A stretch of 64,000 nt of DNA from Candidatus Hadarchaeum sp. GTDB lineage: Archaea; Hadarchaeota; Hadarchaeia; Hadarchaeales; Hadarchaeaceae. This document shows positions 1 to 10,456 of the stretch, piece by piece. Made by a program: the position numbers and the translations under genes. The stretch is taken from NCBI RefSeq assembly GCF_038871235.1, contig NZ_JAVZIN010000002.1:74731-138730 (forward strand), read 5' to 3'. Each line of letters starts with the position of its first letter. Position 1 is the first letter of the stretch. The notes below the pieces were generated by a model that made no database searches, had not been told where the DNA came from, and saw only the letters and a program-made list of their open reading frames with translations.

Positions 1-777
1 CCTGCTGATGGATCCGATTCTCTGCAACATTATCTTTCTATTTCTTAAATTTTCTTCAATAACTTTAACCAAAGCGCTGCCCACAATCGCGCCATCAGCA
101 CCTGCCTCGATAATGCTCAGGATATGCCTTGGCTCAGAAACTCCGAATCCAACCACAACTGGGACTTTGCAGTAGCCCTTGGCCTTAAATACGAGGGAGC
201 TAAGCAATGGTGAAAGATTCTTTCGGACGCCTGTGACTCCTAGCAGACTAACCAAGTAAAGGAAACCGCTTGTTGCGCTTACGATCTTCTTAAATCTTTC
301 CTCAGTAGTAACAGGTGTGGCAAGGAAGATCATATCCAAACCGCGTTTCTTGGACTCCTCCATCACCTCCCGCGCCTCCTCAACGGGAAGATCCGGGATT
401 ATCAACCCATCAACTCCACTAAGGGCACAATCGGTAATGAAACGGGATATGCCGCTCTTGAGAATGGGATTAAAATAGCTCAAGCAAATTAGCGGCACTT
501 CTACTTTCTCTCTGATTTTTTTCATTAAGGCAAAATAAATATCTGTGTTCATACCAGATTGAAGGGCTCTTGCAGCTGAGGCTTGAATTGTGGAGCCATC
601 AGCAACCGGGTCGGAAAAAGGGAGGCCCAGTTCTATCATGTCCACACCTGAGTCTTCAAGTATTTCAGCCATCTTCAATGTCAAATGCGGTGTGGGATCT
701 CCTGCCACTAAAAAAGTCACTAATGCACCTTCTTTCTTGAAACTGAGCTCCTCAAACTTTGCTGCGATTCTGCTCAC
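1..777 (-). CDS. trpA: Tryptophan synthase alpha chain (3' end truncated by window edge)
   Basis: Not in ORF track. Manual translation from GTG at 777: [28 protein letters not shown]...[18 protein letters not shown]; frame appears open to position 1; overlaps trpB stop. Confidence 0.96.
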   Translation of the reverse strand, partial: MSRIAAKFEELSFKKEGALVTFLVAGDPTPHLTLKMAEILEDSGVDMIELGLPFSDPVADGSTIQASAARALQSGMNTDIYFALMKKIREKVEVPLICLSYFNPILKSGISRFITDCALSGVDGLIIPDLPVEEAREVMEESKKRGLDMIFLATPVTTEERFKKIVSATSGFLYLVSLLGVTGVRKNLSPLLSSLVFKAKGYCKVPVVVGFGVSEPRHILSIIEAGADGAIVGSALVKVIEENLRNRKIMLQRIGSISR

Positions 778-1966
778 AATCCAACCCCCTTACCTTTGCA
801 GCTACTTCTGCGTCTTTGTCACCTCGCCCGGAAAGATTCACTACGATTACTCCGCCTCTAAACTTCTTCGGCATTTTTTTGAGATAGGCAACGGCATGCG
901 CTGATTCGAGCGCAGGAATTATCCCTTCCGACTGTGAAAGAAGTTTAAATGCCTCCATGGCCTCGCTATCAGTAACGTGATCGTATTTTGCCCGACCCGC
1001 TCTCTTTAGAAAAGCGTGCTCCGGTCCCACTCCGGGATAATCCAGACCTGCGGCGATGCTGTGGGTCTGACTTATTTGTCCAAACTTGTCCTGCAAAACA
1101 TACGTAAAGCAACCATGGATCACCCCCTCGGTACCGGCACATAGTGAGGCGGCATGTTGGCCTGTTTCAATCCCTTTGCCTCCGGCTTCTACTCCATAAA
1201 GGGCTACGGGATCATCAAGAAATTCGTAGAAAATACCAATGGCGTTGCTACCTCCTCCCACGCAGGCAAGAATCGCATCTGGCAATCTTCCCTCCAGATC
1301 AACTATCTGTTTTCTTGTCTCTTTCCCAATAACACGCTGAAAATCTCGTACTATCATGGGATAAGGATGGGGGCCCACAACCGAGCCAAGTAAATAATGA
1401 GTATCTTCTACATTAGCCGACCAGTCACGAAGGGCCTCATTTATCGCATCCTTGAGCGTCCCTGACCCACTTTTCACAGGAATCACTTTTGCGCCGAGCA
1501 TTCGCATTCGAAAGACGTTAAGCCTCTGGCGCTTGACGTCCAACGAACCCATATAGATTTCACATCGAAGCCCCAGCATGGCCGCGGCCGTGGCCGTGGC
1601 AACTCCATGCTGGCCGGCTCCGGTTTCTGCGATGAGTCTGGTTTTACCCATGTATCTGGCAAGAAGCGCTTGCCCCAGCGTGTTGTTAAGTTTATGCGCT
1701 CCAGTACCGAGCAAATCCTCCCTCTTCAGATAAACGTTAAATCCATATATCTGACTCAGTTTTCTAGCAGGGAAAAGAGGAGTGGGCCGGCCCCCATACT
1801 TTTTTAGAAGATCGTGAAGTTCTTGCTGAAAATTTTTATTTTTCTTAATCTTCAGGTAGTACCTCTCGAGTTCTTCAAGAGCTGGCATCAGCGTCTCCGG
1901 TACAAACCTTCCCCCATATGGGCCGAAATATCCATGCTTATCAGGATATCTACCAACGAACTTCAT
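752..1966 (-). CDS. trpB: Tryptophan synthase beta chain (TrpB1 type)
   Basis: [16 protein letters not shown] lysine, [36 protein letters not shown] 1966 preferred over GTG 1981. Confidence 0.97.
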   Translation of the reverse strand: MKFVGRYPDKHGYFGPYGGRFVPETLMPALEELERYYLKIKKNKNFQQELHDLLKKYGGRPTPLFPARKLSQIYGFNVYLKREDLLGTGAHKLNNTLGQALLARYMGKTRLIAETGAGQHGVATATAAAMLGLRCEIYMGSLDVKRQRLNVFRMRMLGAKVIPVKSGSGTLKDAINEALRDWSANVEDTHYLLGSVVGPHPYPMIVRDFQRVIGKETRKQIVDLEGRLPDAILACVGGGSNAIGIFYEFLDDPVALYGVEAGGKGIETGQHAASLCAGTEGVIHGCFTYVLQDKFGQISQTHSIAAGLDYPGVGPEHAFLKRAGRAKYDHVTDSEAMEAFKLLSQSEGIIPALESAHAVAYLKKMPKKFRGGVIVVNLSGRGDKDAEVAAKVRGLDCEQNRSKV

Positions 1967-2022
1967 TCTGATTACCCGCACGTAAGAATAAACTGAAAAT
2001 TACGTGGTTACCCAGCGTGTTC

Positions 2023-2679
2023 TCAGCTCCGTTCGGCTTTCCTCACCGCTTCTAAAAACTCCTGCATGAGCTTGGGATCCTTTCGTCTTGGACTCGACTC
2101 CACTCCTGTAGCTACGTCGACCCCATACGGCCTAACTATTTTTATCGCCTGTGCTACGTTGGTGGGGGTAAGACCGCCAGCGAGAAAAACTGGCCTTTTC
2201 ACAACTTTTCTTATGCTGGCGCTCAGGTTCCAGTTGTGAGGGAGGCCAGTTCCCCCTCCAGAGGGCCCTTCAGTATCTATTAATAGAAAATCGGCGCCTT
2301 CTGAGAACAACAAGGCTTTATGGATAATTTCCTCGAAGTTCCCAATCTTTTGAGGAACCGAAACAACCGTCATCACCCGAGCATCAAGTTCTTTCCTTAA
2401 TTTAAGAAGTTCTTCTGTTGAGAAAGTAAGTTGGAACTGGAGAATATCCGGTCTTAATTTTTCATAAATATTTTTTACATCATCGGCACATCGAGGCAAA
2501 AAAACCGCCACTCTCGCGACACCTTGATCGACTTTGTCAAAAATCTTGGAGGCTTGGTCAATATTCACGTGACGCGAGGATTGTGGGATGAGAATAACTC
2601 CCACCATATCAACGCCCAGCCTGCACGCGATTTTTACATCCCCAACTCGAGTGAACCCACAAATTTTAATTTTTGTCAT
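2023..2679 (-). CDS. trpF: Phosphoribosylanthranilate isomerase
   Basis: KIKICG, GGTG, LAGGL, GVDVATGVE motifs; trp operon context. Confidence 0.95.
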   Translation of the reverse strand: MTKIKICGFTRVGDVKIACRLGVDMVGVILIPQSSRHVNIDQASKIFDKVDQGVARVAVFLPRCADDVKNIYEKLRPDILQFQLTFSTEELLKLRKELDARVMTVVSVPQKIGNFEEIIHKALLFSEGADFLLIDTEGPSGGGTGLPHNWNLSASIRKVVKRPVFLAGGLTPTNVAQAIKIVRPYGVDVATGVESSPRRKDPKLMQEFLEAVRKAERS

Positions 2680-2682
2680 GTT

Positions 2683-3453
2683 TTACCTCGCGTTCACCAA
2701 TGATCTAACCTTCTGCTCAATATTTCTAGATGTCATCAACGCTGTGCCCACCAGAACCGCATCCGCTCCAGCATCAAGCATACTTCTCACGTCAGCTGCT
2801 GTGAATATTCCACTCTCGCTCACCAGGGTTACATCTTCAGGTATATCAGGTGCAAGGTCAACTGTACGCTGCAAATTTACCTTTAAAGTTTCTAAGTCTC
2901 TATTATTTATCCCAATTAACTGAGCCCCAGCTAAAACCGCCAACTTGATCTCTCTCTTGTTCGTGACTTCAACCAAACTTTCCATTCCAAGCTCTTCAGC
3001 CAAGAGCATAAAATCGCGCAGGCGGGGGCCAAGCAACTTGACTATTAGCAGTACTACGTCCGCCCCTAGCCTTGCTGCCTCTAAAATCTGATACTCATCA
3101 ACGATGAAATTCTTATAGATTAAGGGGACATCAACTTTATTTCGCAACTCACCAAGAAAGATTGGGTCACCTTTAAAATATTTGGACTCGGTAATAACGG
3201 AAAGCGACACAGCTCCACCACGAACCATTGCATACGCCACCTCGATTACATTTGCTTCCAGTCTGATGTCTCCTACAGATGGCGAGGCACGTTTTATCTC
3301 GGCAATTATTGGTACTCTCTCTGCCTCCTCTATAGCTCCTATCAAGCTTAATCTCTTGACTTTTGGAATTTTTGAACATAGAATTTGATTGACACGAGCC
3401 CTACGCTGCACCTCTTTCCGAACCTCCTGAACTATGTTTGTTAAAAAGTTCAT
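2683..3453 (-). CDS. trpC: Indole-3-glycerol phosphate synthase
   Basis: IIAEIKRASPS, GINNRDL, VSESGI, LVGTALM. Confidence 0.96.
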   Translation of the reverse strand: MNFLTNIVQEVRKEVQRRARVNQILCSKIPKVKRLSLIGAIEEAERVPIIAEIKRASPSVGDIRLEANVIEVAYAMVRGGAVSLSVITESKYFKGDPIFLGELRNKVDVPLIYKNFIVDEYQILEAARLGADVVLLIVKLLGPRLRDFMLLAEELGMESLVEVTNKREIKLAVLAGAQLIGINNRDLETLKVNLQRTVDLAPDIPEDVTLVSESGIFTAADVRSMLDAGADAVLVGTALMTSRNIEQKVRSLVNAR

Positions 3454-4505
3454 TAAACAGCCTCCAATCTTTCTAACTTTTGAAGATCGCCTCCAGTTGC
3501 TTTTATTAATTGCAACATCTTTTCATAGGCTCGTCCGGAATCAATGGAGTCTTCGGCGATGGCCACCGCTTCACGTAAGTTATCAGCTTTACCTGCAACC
3601 ACTATTGCCGCAGCCGCGTTCAAAAGCACGATTTCTCTCTTTGGCCCTCGTTCTCCTTTTAGAACCTCCAATAAGATACGCGCGTTTTTCTCAACGTCGC
3701 CACCAACTATTGAATCTGGATCTACGCGAGGTATTCCAAATTGTTCTGGATAAACCGTGTAAGTCGCAATTTCGCCATCGATAAGTTCTGATATTTGCGT
3801 TCCACCCAATATCGATATTTCATCTAAACCATCAAGCCCATGAACAACCATCGCCCGTTTGCATCCAAGCTTTTCGAGTATGCATGCCATTTTTTCCGTT
3901 AAAACCGCATCAAAAGTTCCAACAACTTGTGCTTGAGCGCCAGCGGGATTTGTCAGTGGACCCAAAAGGTTAAAAACAGTCGGGATTTTTATCTCCCTTC
4001 TAGGTCTCATCACATGCTTCATCGCTCTATGGAAACTTGGAGCAAACATGAAACCTAAGCCTATTCTCTCGATACAGCGCTCAACCTCCTGAGGCGGTAA
4101 ATCTATTTTCACACCGATCGACTCAATTACATCCGCACTTCCCGATTTGCTTGTCTGTGACCTGTTACCGTGTTTTGCTATAACCACGCCTGCCCCTGCA
4201 GCGACAAACATTGCGACGGTGCTAACATTGAACGTTTTTATCTTATCTCCTCCAGTTCCGCAGATATCGACCAGCAACCCATTGACTCTCGGATTTATCC
4301 TTATAGCAAATCGACGCATCGCGCTCGCAAAAGCGGCAATCTCCTCCGCAGTTTCTCCCTTCATTCTGAGCGCTGTGAGAACGGACCCTATCTGTGCCTC
4401 AGTTGCCTCGCCAAACATTATTTCTTTCATTGCTTCCTCTGCTTCATGCCAAGTAAGATCTCTATATTGAACCAGCTTTTTAATCGCATCTTGAACCGAG
4501 TTCAA
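3453..4505 (-). CDS. trpD: Anthranilate phosphoribosyltransferase
   Basis: DICGTGGD, TFNVST, KHGNRS, GSADV, FNLLGPLTNP, GLDEIS. Confidence 0.97.
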   Translation of the reverse strand: MNSVQDAIKKLVQYRDLTWHEAEEAMKEIMFGEATEAQIGSVLTALRMKGETAEEIAAFASAMRRFAIRINPRVNGLLVDICGTGGDKIKTFNVSTVAMFVAAGAGVVIAKHGNRSQTSKSGSADVIESIGVKIDLPPQEVERCIERIGLGFMFAPSFHRAMKHVMRPRREIKIPTVFNLLGPLTNPAGAQAQVVGTFDAVLTEKMACILEKLGCKRAMVVHGLDGLDEISILGGTQISELIDGEIATYTVYPEQFGIPRVDPDSIVGGDVEKNARILLEVLKGERGPKREIVLLNAAAAIVVAGKADNLREAVAIAEDSIDSGRAYEKMLQLIKATGGDLQKLERLEAV

Positions 4506-5077
4506 AACAGTCCCTCCGTAAAATTTTTAATCAACGTTTTGCCATGCTTTGTGAGAATAGATTCTGGATGAAATTGAACCCCAAAGATCGGCAATTTCCG
4601 GTGCTGAAGCCCCATTATTTCTTTATCTTGGTCAAGCGTCACCGCGGTCACGCGCAAACAACTTGGCAAACTTGCTTGATTAACTGCAAGTGAGTGATAA
4701 CGAGTTGCTTCGAAAGGGCTTGGAATGCCCCGAAAAAGTACGCTTCCATTATGTATGATTTGAGACACTTTACCATGCATAAGCATTTTCGCGTGCACTA
4801 CTCGCCCACCGAAAGCACAGGCAATCGCTTGATGCCCTAAGCAGACGCCCAAAATAGGAACTTTTTCCCCAAATCTTTTAATAACCTCAATCGAGATGCC
4901 TGCATCCTTTGGTTTACCCGGCCCAGGGGAGATAATAATTCTCTCCGGATCAACGTCGGCAATTCTCTCAAGTGATACATCGTTCAAGAATACAACTGGC
5001 TCTGCACCTAGCTCACCTATATAATGAACTAAGTTGTAGGTGAAGCTATCATAATTATCAATAACTACAACTTTCAT
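4502..5077 (-). CDS. trpG: Anthranilate synthase component II (glutamine amidotransferase)
   Basis: IDNYDSFTYN, SPGPG, GVCLGHQ, RYHSL, QFHPES. Confidence 0.96.
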   Translation of the reverse strand: MKVVVIDNYDSFTYNLVHYIGELGAEPVVFLNDVSLERIADVDPERIIISPGPGKPKDAGISIEVIKRFGEKVPILGVCLGHQAIACAFGGRVVHAKMLMHGKVSQIIHNGSVLFRGIPSPFEATRYHSLAVNQASLPSCLRVTAVTLDQDKEIMGLQHRKLPIFGVQFHPESILTKHGKTLIKNFTEGLF

Positions 5078-5094
5078 CCTAACCTCACCTCGTT

Positions 5095-6576
5095 TTAACC
5101 ACTTCTCAGCCCAGCCGCCATAAGCAACGCCCGCGCCTTATTTTCTGTCTCATAATACTCCTTCCACGGTACAGAGTCAGCGACTATCCCTGCGCCGACC
5201 TGCACGTAAGCTTTTGACTTCTCACACACCAATGTCCGTATAGTTATCGCAAAATCTGCATCTCCTATGTAGCTGAAAGTTCCGATTGCTCCTGCGTAAA
5301 TACCTCTTCTCACTGGCTCAAGTTCCTCTATTATCTCCATTGCTCTCAATTTCGGTGCTCCAGTCACCGTGCCCGCAGGAAAAGCCGCCCGGAAAGCATC
5401 TAGCGCATCGGCATCTTCCCGTAGTTCCCCCTCTATATTTGACACCAGATGCTGAACCTGACTATATTTCTCCACTTTCATGAAACTCGTTACTTTAATT
5501 GAACCAAACTTAGAGACCCGACCCAAATCGTTTCTGCCAAGATCAACCAACATGGTGTGCTCCGCTCGCTCTTTTTCATCAGCGCACAGGTCCTGTTCCA
5601 TAGCATCATCGTCTTCTCTATCCGTCCCCCGTCGCCTAGTACCAGCGATGGGGCGGGTTATCACCTTGCGGCCACATACTCTTAACAAGATCTCTGGGCT
5701 GGAACCAACGATACAACGCTCGGGAAAATCTAAGAAAAACATATAGGGCGATGGGTTGATTTTTCTTAAATTGAGAAAGAAATGCTCTAAAGGCGGTGGA
5801 GAATTAAACTCAATTCTTCTTGAAAGAACTACCTGAATTATGTCTCCACTGCGGATATACTCCTTCGCGCGATTAACTTGTCTTTCATATTCTTCCCGAG
5901 TGAAATTTGATCTGATCGAAATGGGGCCAAGATTTTCAATTTTAGGGTCGTTTTCTTTTATTGTAACTAAATCCTCCAACTTTGACTTGGCTCGCGCAAA
6001 TGCTAACTGCGGATCCGATGTATCTGACAACGCCAACAAGGAACAATAGTGGGTTTTATGTGCGAAATGATCGATTATCACCATTCGCTCCGGCAACATG
6101 AGTTCAAGTTGAGGTTGTTTCAAATCATCCGCCGCGTTCATTCCTACGTTAAACATAGTTCTAACATAATCATAGCTAATGTACCCAACTATCCCCAACA
6201 TATACCGCGAAGCGCCCTTCGGAAATCTCATTTTTTTCAGCAACATTATCCGCTCAAAAATTTTCAGAGGATCTTCATTCTCACGTATTGGAAAGCGCCT
6301 CACCATATCAACAAAATCCTGCCGGCCCAAAATCTGACATTTGCCCGTCTTGACCTTTAGATAAAGCAATGGATCGCACCCTAACACGGAATAACGTGAT
6401 ATCTCGCCTTGTCCTCTTGCCGACTCCAACAAATAGGAAAGTGATGACCTGCGTCTCAGGCCAAAGTAAAGCTTTGCCGGGTCAGGGCATTTATCGGCTG
6501 TGTACACTAATGGAAGCAGACCAGGCCGATCAATTTCTTCCGCCAGTTTCAACCCATTTCGGTAGTTAATCTCCAA
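5095..6576 (-). CDS. trpE: Anthranilate synthase component I
   Basis: LLES and NPSPYM feedback motifs, PIAGTRRRG, EHTMLVDLGRND, FPAGTVTGAPK. Confidence 0.96.
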   Translation of the reverse strand: MEINYRNGLKLAEEIDRPGLLPLVYTADKCPDPAKLYFGLRRRSSLSYLLESARGQGEISRYSVLGCDPLLYLKVKTGKCQILGRQDFVDMVRRFPIRENEDPLKIFERIMLLKKMRFPKGASRYMLGIVGYISYDYVRTMFNVGMNAADDLKQPQLELMLPERMVIIDHFAHKTHYCSLLALSDTSDPQLAFARAKSKLEDLVTIKENDPKIENLGPISIRSNFTREEYERQVNRAKEYIRSGDIIQVVLSRRIEFNSPPPLEHFFLNLRKINPSPYMFFLDFPERCIVGSSPEILLRVCGRKVITRPIAGTRRRGTDREDDDAMEQDLCADEKERAEHTMLVDLGRNDLGRVSKFGSIKVTSFMKVEKYSQVQHLVSNIEGELREDADALDAFRAAFPAGTVTGAPKLRAMEIIEELEPVRRGIYAGAIGTFSYIGDADFAITIRTLVCEKSKAYVQVGAGIVADSVPWKEYYETENKARALLMAAGLRSG

Positions 6577-6602
6577 TTTCTCAACCGCGTTTTTTTCTAT
6601 TT

Positions 6603-6638
6603 TGTACTATTTAAGACTTTAGTGTACAATTTTGTTCA
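6603..6638. promoter_or_regulatory. TRP-box-like operator array overlapping a trpE TATA box
   Basis: TGTACT 6603-6608, TGTACA 6623-6628, TGTTCA 6633-6638 in 10-bp phase; minus-strand TTAAATA ~30 bp upstream of the trpE start. Confidence 0.65.
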
Positions 6639-6698
6639 AAATACAAAAGAATGATTTTTCTTATATAAAAAGGTTGCCCCCAACAATCAGCTGAAAAC

Positions 6699-6998
6699 TT
6701 GGGGGGTGAAAATATAGCAAAAAATTTTGGAAAAATGGAACCAACTAAGGAAATTTCAACACTGAGGATCGTGGCCAAGCGTGAAGACAGAGAACCCTAT
6801 ACAGTGAATATTCCGGTCAAGGGGGACGTTTTCTCCTTAGTATTACCGAGCGGCTATATAAACTGGCCTGAAGGTAAGCCCTATCCTGACTCAATTAAAA
6901 TAGCTATCGACGACGACCGGAGCCTTTGGGTTAACTTCGGCGTTTCCAAGGAATATGGTTTTTACACATCGCTGAGAATTGGAAAAGCCAGCGAGTAA
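6699..6998 (+). CDS. Hypothetical protein divergent from trpE
   Basis: 99-aa ORF (alternative ATG at 6735) filling the gap, preceded by TTATATAAAA; no family recognised. Confidence 0.55.
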   Translation: MGGENIAKNFGKMEPTKEISTLRIVAKREDREPYTVNIPVKGDVFSLVLPSGYINWPEGKPYPDSIKIAIDDDRSLWVNFGVSKEYGFYTSLRIGKASE

Positions 6999-7032
6999 AA
7001 ATACAGACACCATTTGATTTCAAGACCAACCG

Positions 7033-8583
7033 CTATTTCCTGCCGGCAAAATATCTGTTGATACCATTGACCATGGCCTCGACACTGGCTAACACAACAT
7101 CCTCACGAACACCCTTTGCTCTGTAGAGATTACCCTGTTCATCTTCAAGCTCAACCGTCACCTCGGCAAGTGCATCGCTTCCGCCGGTTATCGCGTCAAG
7201 ATGGTACTTCTTTAACCTGAGCTTTGAAATTTCACCCATCGCTGCCCTAATTGCCGCTATCGCTGCATCGACTGGGCCCACCCCGATCGCAGAACTTACC
7301 CTATCCTCACCACGAATGCTCAAACGTACCGAAGCTGTTGGGGTGATGGTGCTGCCTGTCGTGACCGTGACCTCCTTTAACTCAACTATTTTCTCTTCCT
7401 TTGGCAACGCACCGATTACGCTTTCGGCAATTACCCGCAGATCGGCATCAGTAACCTGCTTACCCTTATCTCCCAGTGCCTTGACCTGACGCGTGATCTC
7501 AATGAGCTGCCGTTTGTTGGCCTTTACTCCTATGCTACGCAGTTGCTTTTCAACGGAATGTCTGCCTGTGAGCTTGCCGAGTTCCAAACGGCGGTGGTGA
7601 CCGACCAGTTCTGGAGAGAAAGGCTCATAGGTACCCGGGAACTCTATGACTCCGTGAGCGTGAATTCCAGAAACGTGCGCAAAGGCATTATCGCCAACGA
7701 TGGCCTTATTGGGCGGCACAGAGATGCCCGTGATACGTTCAACTAAATCTGAGGTCTCTGTGAGCAACTCTGTTTTAATGCGCAATTTTATGCCGTATAG
7801 CGTCTTGAGTGCCATAACGATTTCCTCCAACGAAGCGTTGCCAGCCCGCTCGCCTAAACCATTCACTGTCACCTGAACCTGTTGGGCCCCTGCTTCCACA
7901 GCAGCAAGGGAATTAGCCACCGCCAATCCAAGATCATCATGGCAGTGTACACTTATTGGCACATTTATGTGCGGCTTGAGTTGTGATATAAGATAATACA
8001 TGGCGCGAGGAGTTATCGCGCCGATAGTGTCCGGTACATTAATTCTGTCCGCGCCCGCCTCAATGACGGCTTTATAAGTCTCCCTCAGAAATTCTAGATC
8101 CGTCCGAGTAGCGTCCATCGCCGAAAATTCAACTTTGACTCCATGATCCTTAGCATATTCTACAAACTTCACCGCCTGTCTCACCACTTGTTCGCGCGAC
8201 ATCTTTAGCGCGTGTTTGAGGTGAAGATCCGATGTGCTGATGAAAATGTGGACGCAGTCAACGCCGCAGTTGATTGCGGCGTCAACGTCCTCCTTGAGCG
8301 GCCGCGCCAGCGCACATATCTCCGCCTTTAGCCCCGCCTTAGCTATTGCAGCAACTGCCTTACGTTCCCCATCTGAAGAAACCGGTGTTCCGGCCTCAAT
8401 CGTGTCAACGCCGAGCCGATCCAGCTGACGGGCGATGAGCATTTTTTGATCGGGAGTAAAGGAAACACCCGGGGTCTGATCACCATCCCTAAGTGTGGTA
8501 TCGAAAATCCTGACCTTCTTGGGCAACCTGATCTCGCGATTGACCAGTCTCGCGTAGTCACTTATGAAAACGTTTTTCTGCAT
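7033..8583 (-). CDS. leuA: 2-isopropylmalate synthase-like DRE-TIM enzyme (MJ1195-like) with C-terminal regulatory domain
   Basis: DTTLRDG.Q, PRAMYYLI, HCH.DLGLAVAN, NGLGERAGNA, GVGPVDA; several active-site substitutions (see findings). Confidence 0.8.
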   Translation of the reverse strand: MQKNVFISDYARLVNREIRLPKKVRIFDTTLRDGDQTPGVSFTPDQKMLIARQLDRLGVDTIEAGTPVSSDGERKAVAAIAKAGLKAEICALARPLKEDVDAAINCGVDCVHIFISTSDLHLKHALKMSREQVVRQAVKFVEYAKDHGVKVEFSAMDATRTDLEFLRETYKAVIEAGADRINVPDTIGAITPRAMYYLISQLKPHINVPISVHCHDDLGLAVANSLAAVEAGAQQVQVTVNGLGERAGNASLEEIVMALKTLYGIKLRIKTELLTETSDLVERITGISVPPNKAIVGDNAFAHVSGIHAHGVIEFPGTYEPFSPELVGHHRRLELGKLTGRHSVEKQLRSIGVKANKRQLIEITRQVKALGDKGKQVTDADLRVIAESVIGALPKEEKIVELKEVTVTTGSTITPTASVRLSIRGEDRVSSAIGVGPVDAAIAAIRAAMGEISKLRLKKYHLDAITGGSDALAEVTVELEDEQGNLYRAKGVREDVVLASVEAMVNGINRYFAGRK

Positions 8584-8651
8584 TTGAACCACCATCAATT
8601 ACTTTAGCCATTAATATAATGTTCACCTATATAGCAAAAGGGGACCCCGAT

Positions 8652-10154
8652 ATGGCGAGGCGCAGGATAAAGGTACTGGATACAACCCTGAGGGACGGAG
8701 AACAAACGCCAGGAGTAGCGCTGACTCCAGAACAAAAATTAGAAATAGCAAGAGCCCTCGATGATCTGGGCGTGGACATCTTGGAAGCTGGAGCTGCAAT
8801 ATCATCAGAAGGAGAAAGAAAAGCCATAAAGATGATTTCAAGGGCGGGATTAAATGCTGAAATATGCAGCTTCGTCAGGGCCGCCAAGGAAGATATCGAC
8901 GCTGCGCTTGCCTGCGACGTCGACAGCGTCCACATGGTTGTCCCAACCTCTGACATTCATCTGAAATACAAGTTAAAGAAAACGAAAAAAGAAGTCAAGG
9001 AAATGGCCCTAAATGCAGCCCGGTACGCGCTTGACCATGGATTGATAGTTGAATTCTCTTCCGAGGACGCGAGCAGAACTGAACCATCGTTTTTGTTGGA
9101 TATTCTCTCTGCGGCGGTTGAGGAGGGGGTCCAGAGGGTCTGCATATGCGACACGGTTGGAGTTTTAACTTATGAAAAATCACGAGAACTTTTTTCGAAC
9201 CTAACTGCAAAACTGAAGGTGCCTGTTTCCGCCCATTGCCACAATGACTTTGGCATGGCCACGGCGAATACCGTGGCCGCTGTAATGGGTGGGGCCAGCG
9301 AAGTTCACGTAACCATCAATGGCTTGGGCGAAAGAGGTGGAAACGCGGCGTTGGAAGAAGTAGTTCTCGCCCTTTCACAATTCTACGATATCTCTACTGG
9401 AATCAAGCTGAAACTACTCTACAGTGTTTCCAATTTGGTCGAAAAAATCACCGGTATGCCGGTCTCGCCGACAAAACCGATTGTAGGTGAAAATGCGTTT
9501 ACCCATGGGGCCGGAATCCACACCCATGGTGTACTTGCCGAACCATCAACATACGAACCGATACCGCCAGAGCTGGTGGGCCAACATCGCAGGCTGGTCT
9601 TCGGAAAGCTATCCGGATCTCACGCGATTGAAAGCGAGCTGAAGAAGATGGGTCTTAAGCCCACTAAAAAACAGATCGAAGAGATATTCAACCAAGTGAA
9701 ACAGCTAGGTGATCGTGGCAAAATAGTCACCGACACCGAACTTCGGGCCATTGTAGACTCGGTCCTAGGACGAGGATTCAAGGAAACCCTCAAGCTCGAA
9801 GAACTTACTGTGGTGAGCGGAAACCGCGTCACTCCCACCTCCTCCGTCAGAATAAAGTTTGGCGATAAGGAGTTCGTCGAATCGGGGGTGGGTATTGGAC
9901 CAGTGGACGCAGCCATGAACGCCATTAGGAAAGTGGTGGAGGGAACTGCCAATGTGAGGCTGGTGGAGTATCACGTCGATGCCATCTCCGGAGGCACCGA
10001 CGCCATGGTAAGTGTAGTGGTAAAGCTAACGGACGGTAAGAGGATGGTCACCGCGAGAGGTACTAGTGGGGACATCATCATGGCTAGCGTTCAAGCTATG
10101 CTTAATGGCGTCAACCGCCTATTATGGGACAAGCAGCTGAGGGTGAAAGAATGA
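8652..10154 (+). CDS. cimA: (R)-citramalate synthase (MJ1392-like)
   Basis: [40 protein letters not shown]; resembles methanogen CimA more than LeuA. Confidence 0.8.
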   Translation: MARRRIKVLDTTLRDGEQTPGVALTPEQKLEIARALDDLGVDILEAGAAISSEGERKAIKMISRAGLNAEICSFVRAAKEDIDAALACDVDSVHMVVPTSDIHLKYKLKKTKKEVKEMALNAARYALDHGLIVEFSSEDASRTEPSFLLDILSAAVEEGVQRVCICDTVGVLTYEKSRELFSNLTAKLKVPVSAHCHNDFGMATANTVAAVMGGASEVHVTINGLGERGGNAALEEVVLALSQFYDISTGIKLKLLYSVSNLVEKITGMPVSPTKPIVGENAFTHGAGIHTHGVLAEPSTYEPIPPELVGQHRRLVFGKLSGSHAIESELKKMGLKPTKKQIEEIFNQVKQLGDRGKIVTDTELRAIVDSVLGRGFKETLKLEELTVVSGNRVTPTSSVRIKFGDKEFVESGVGIGPVDAAMNAIRKVVEGTANVRLVEYHVDAISGGTDAMVSVVVKLTDGKRMVTARGTSGDIIMASVQAMLNGVNRLLWDKQLRVKE

Positions 10155-10447
10155 CGACTCAACCGAACAACGAAGAACTTGAACGAGTGAGAATGCCGAG
10201 AACCGGCGAAGTCCTTGGTGTGGTGGAGCAGATGTATGGATTTGACCGCCTTCGGGTACGTTGCCGGGACGGCTTCACGAGGAACTGCAGAATCCCTGGG
10301 AGAATCCGCAAACGCCTGTGGGTCCGAGAAGGTGATGTCGTCATCGTCCGCCCGTGGGCCGTCCAAGGGAAAGAAAAAGGTGACATCATTCACCGCTATA
10401 CTGCCGCTCAGCTTGACGCCTTGAGAAGAAAAGGTCTTTGGGAATAG
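10151..10447 (+). CDS. eif1a: Translation initiation factor aIF-1A
   Basis: [40 protein letters not shown]; ATGA overlap with cimA stop. Confidence 0.96.
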   Translation: MTTQPNNEELERVRMPRTGEVLGVVEQMYGFDRLRVRCRDGFTRNCRIPGRIRKRLWVREGDVVIVRPWAVQGKEKGDIIHRYTAAQLDALRRKGLWE

Positions 10448-10456
10448 GCTGGTAAT

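Noticed and set aside
8620-8625. Single TGTTCA between the leuA/cimA TATA boxes as a TRP box
   Set aside because: One degenerate hexamer without a phased partner is expected by chance.
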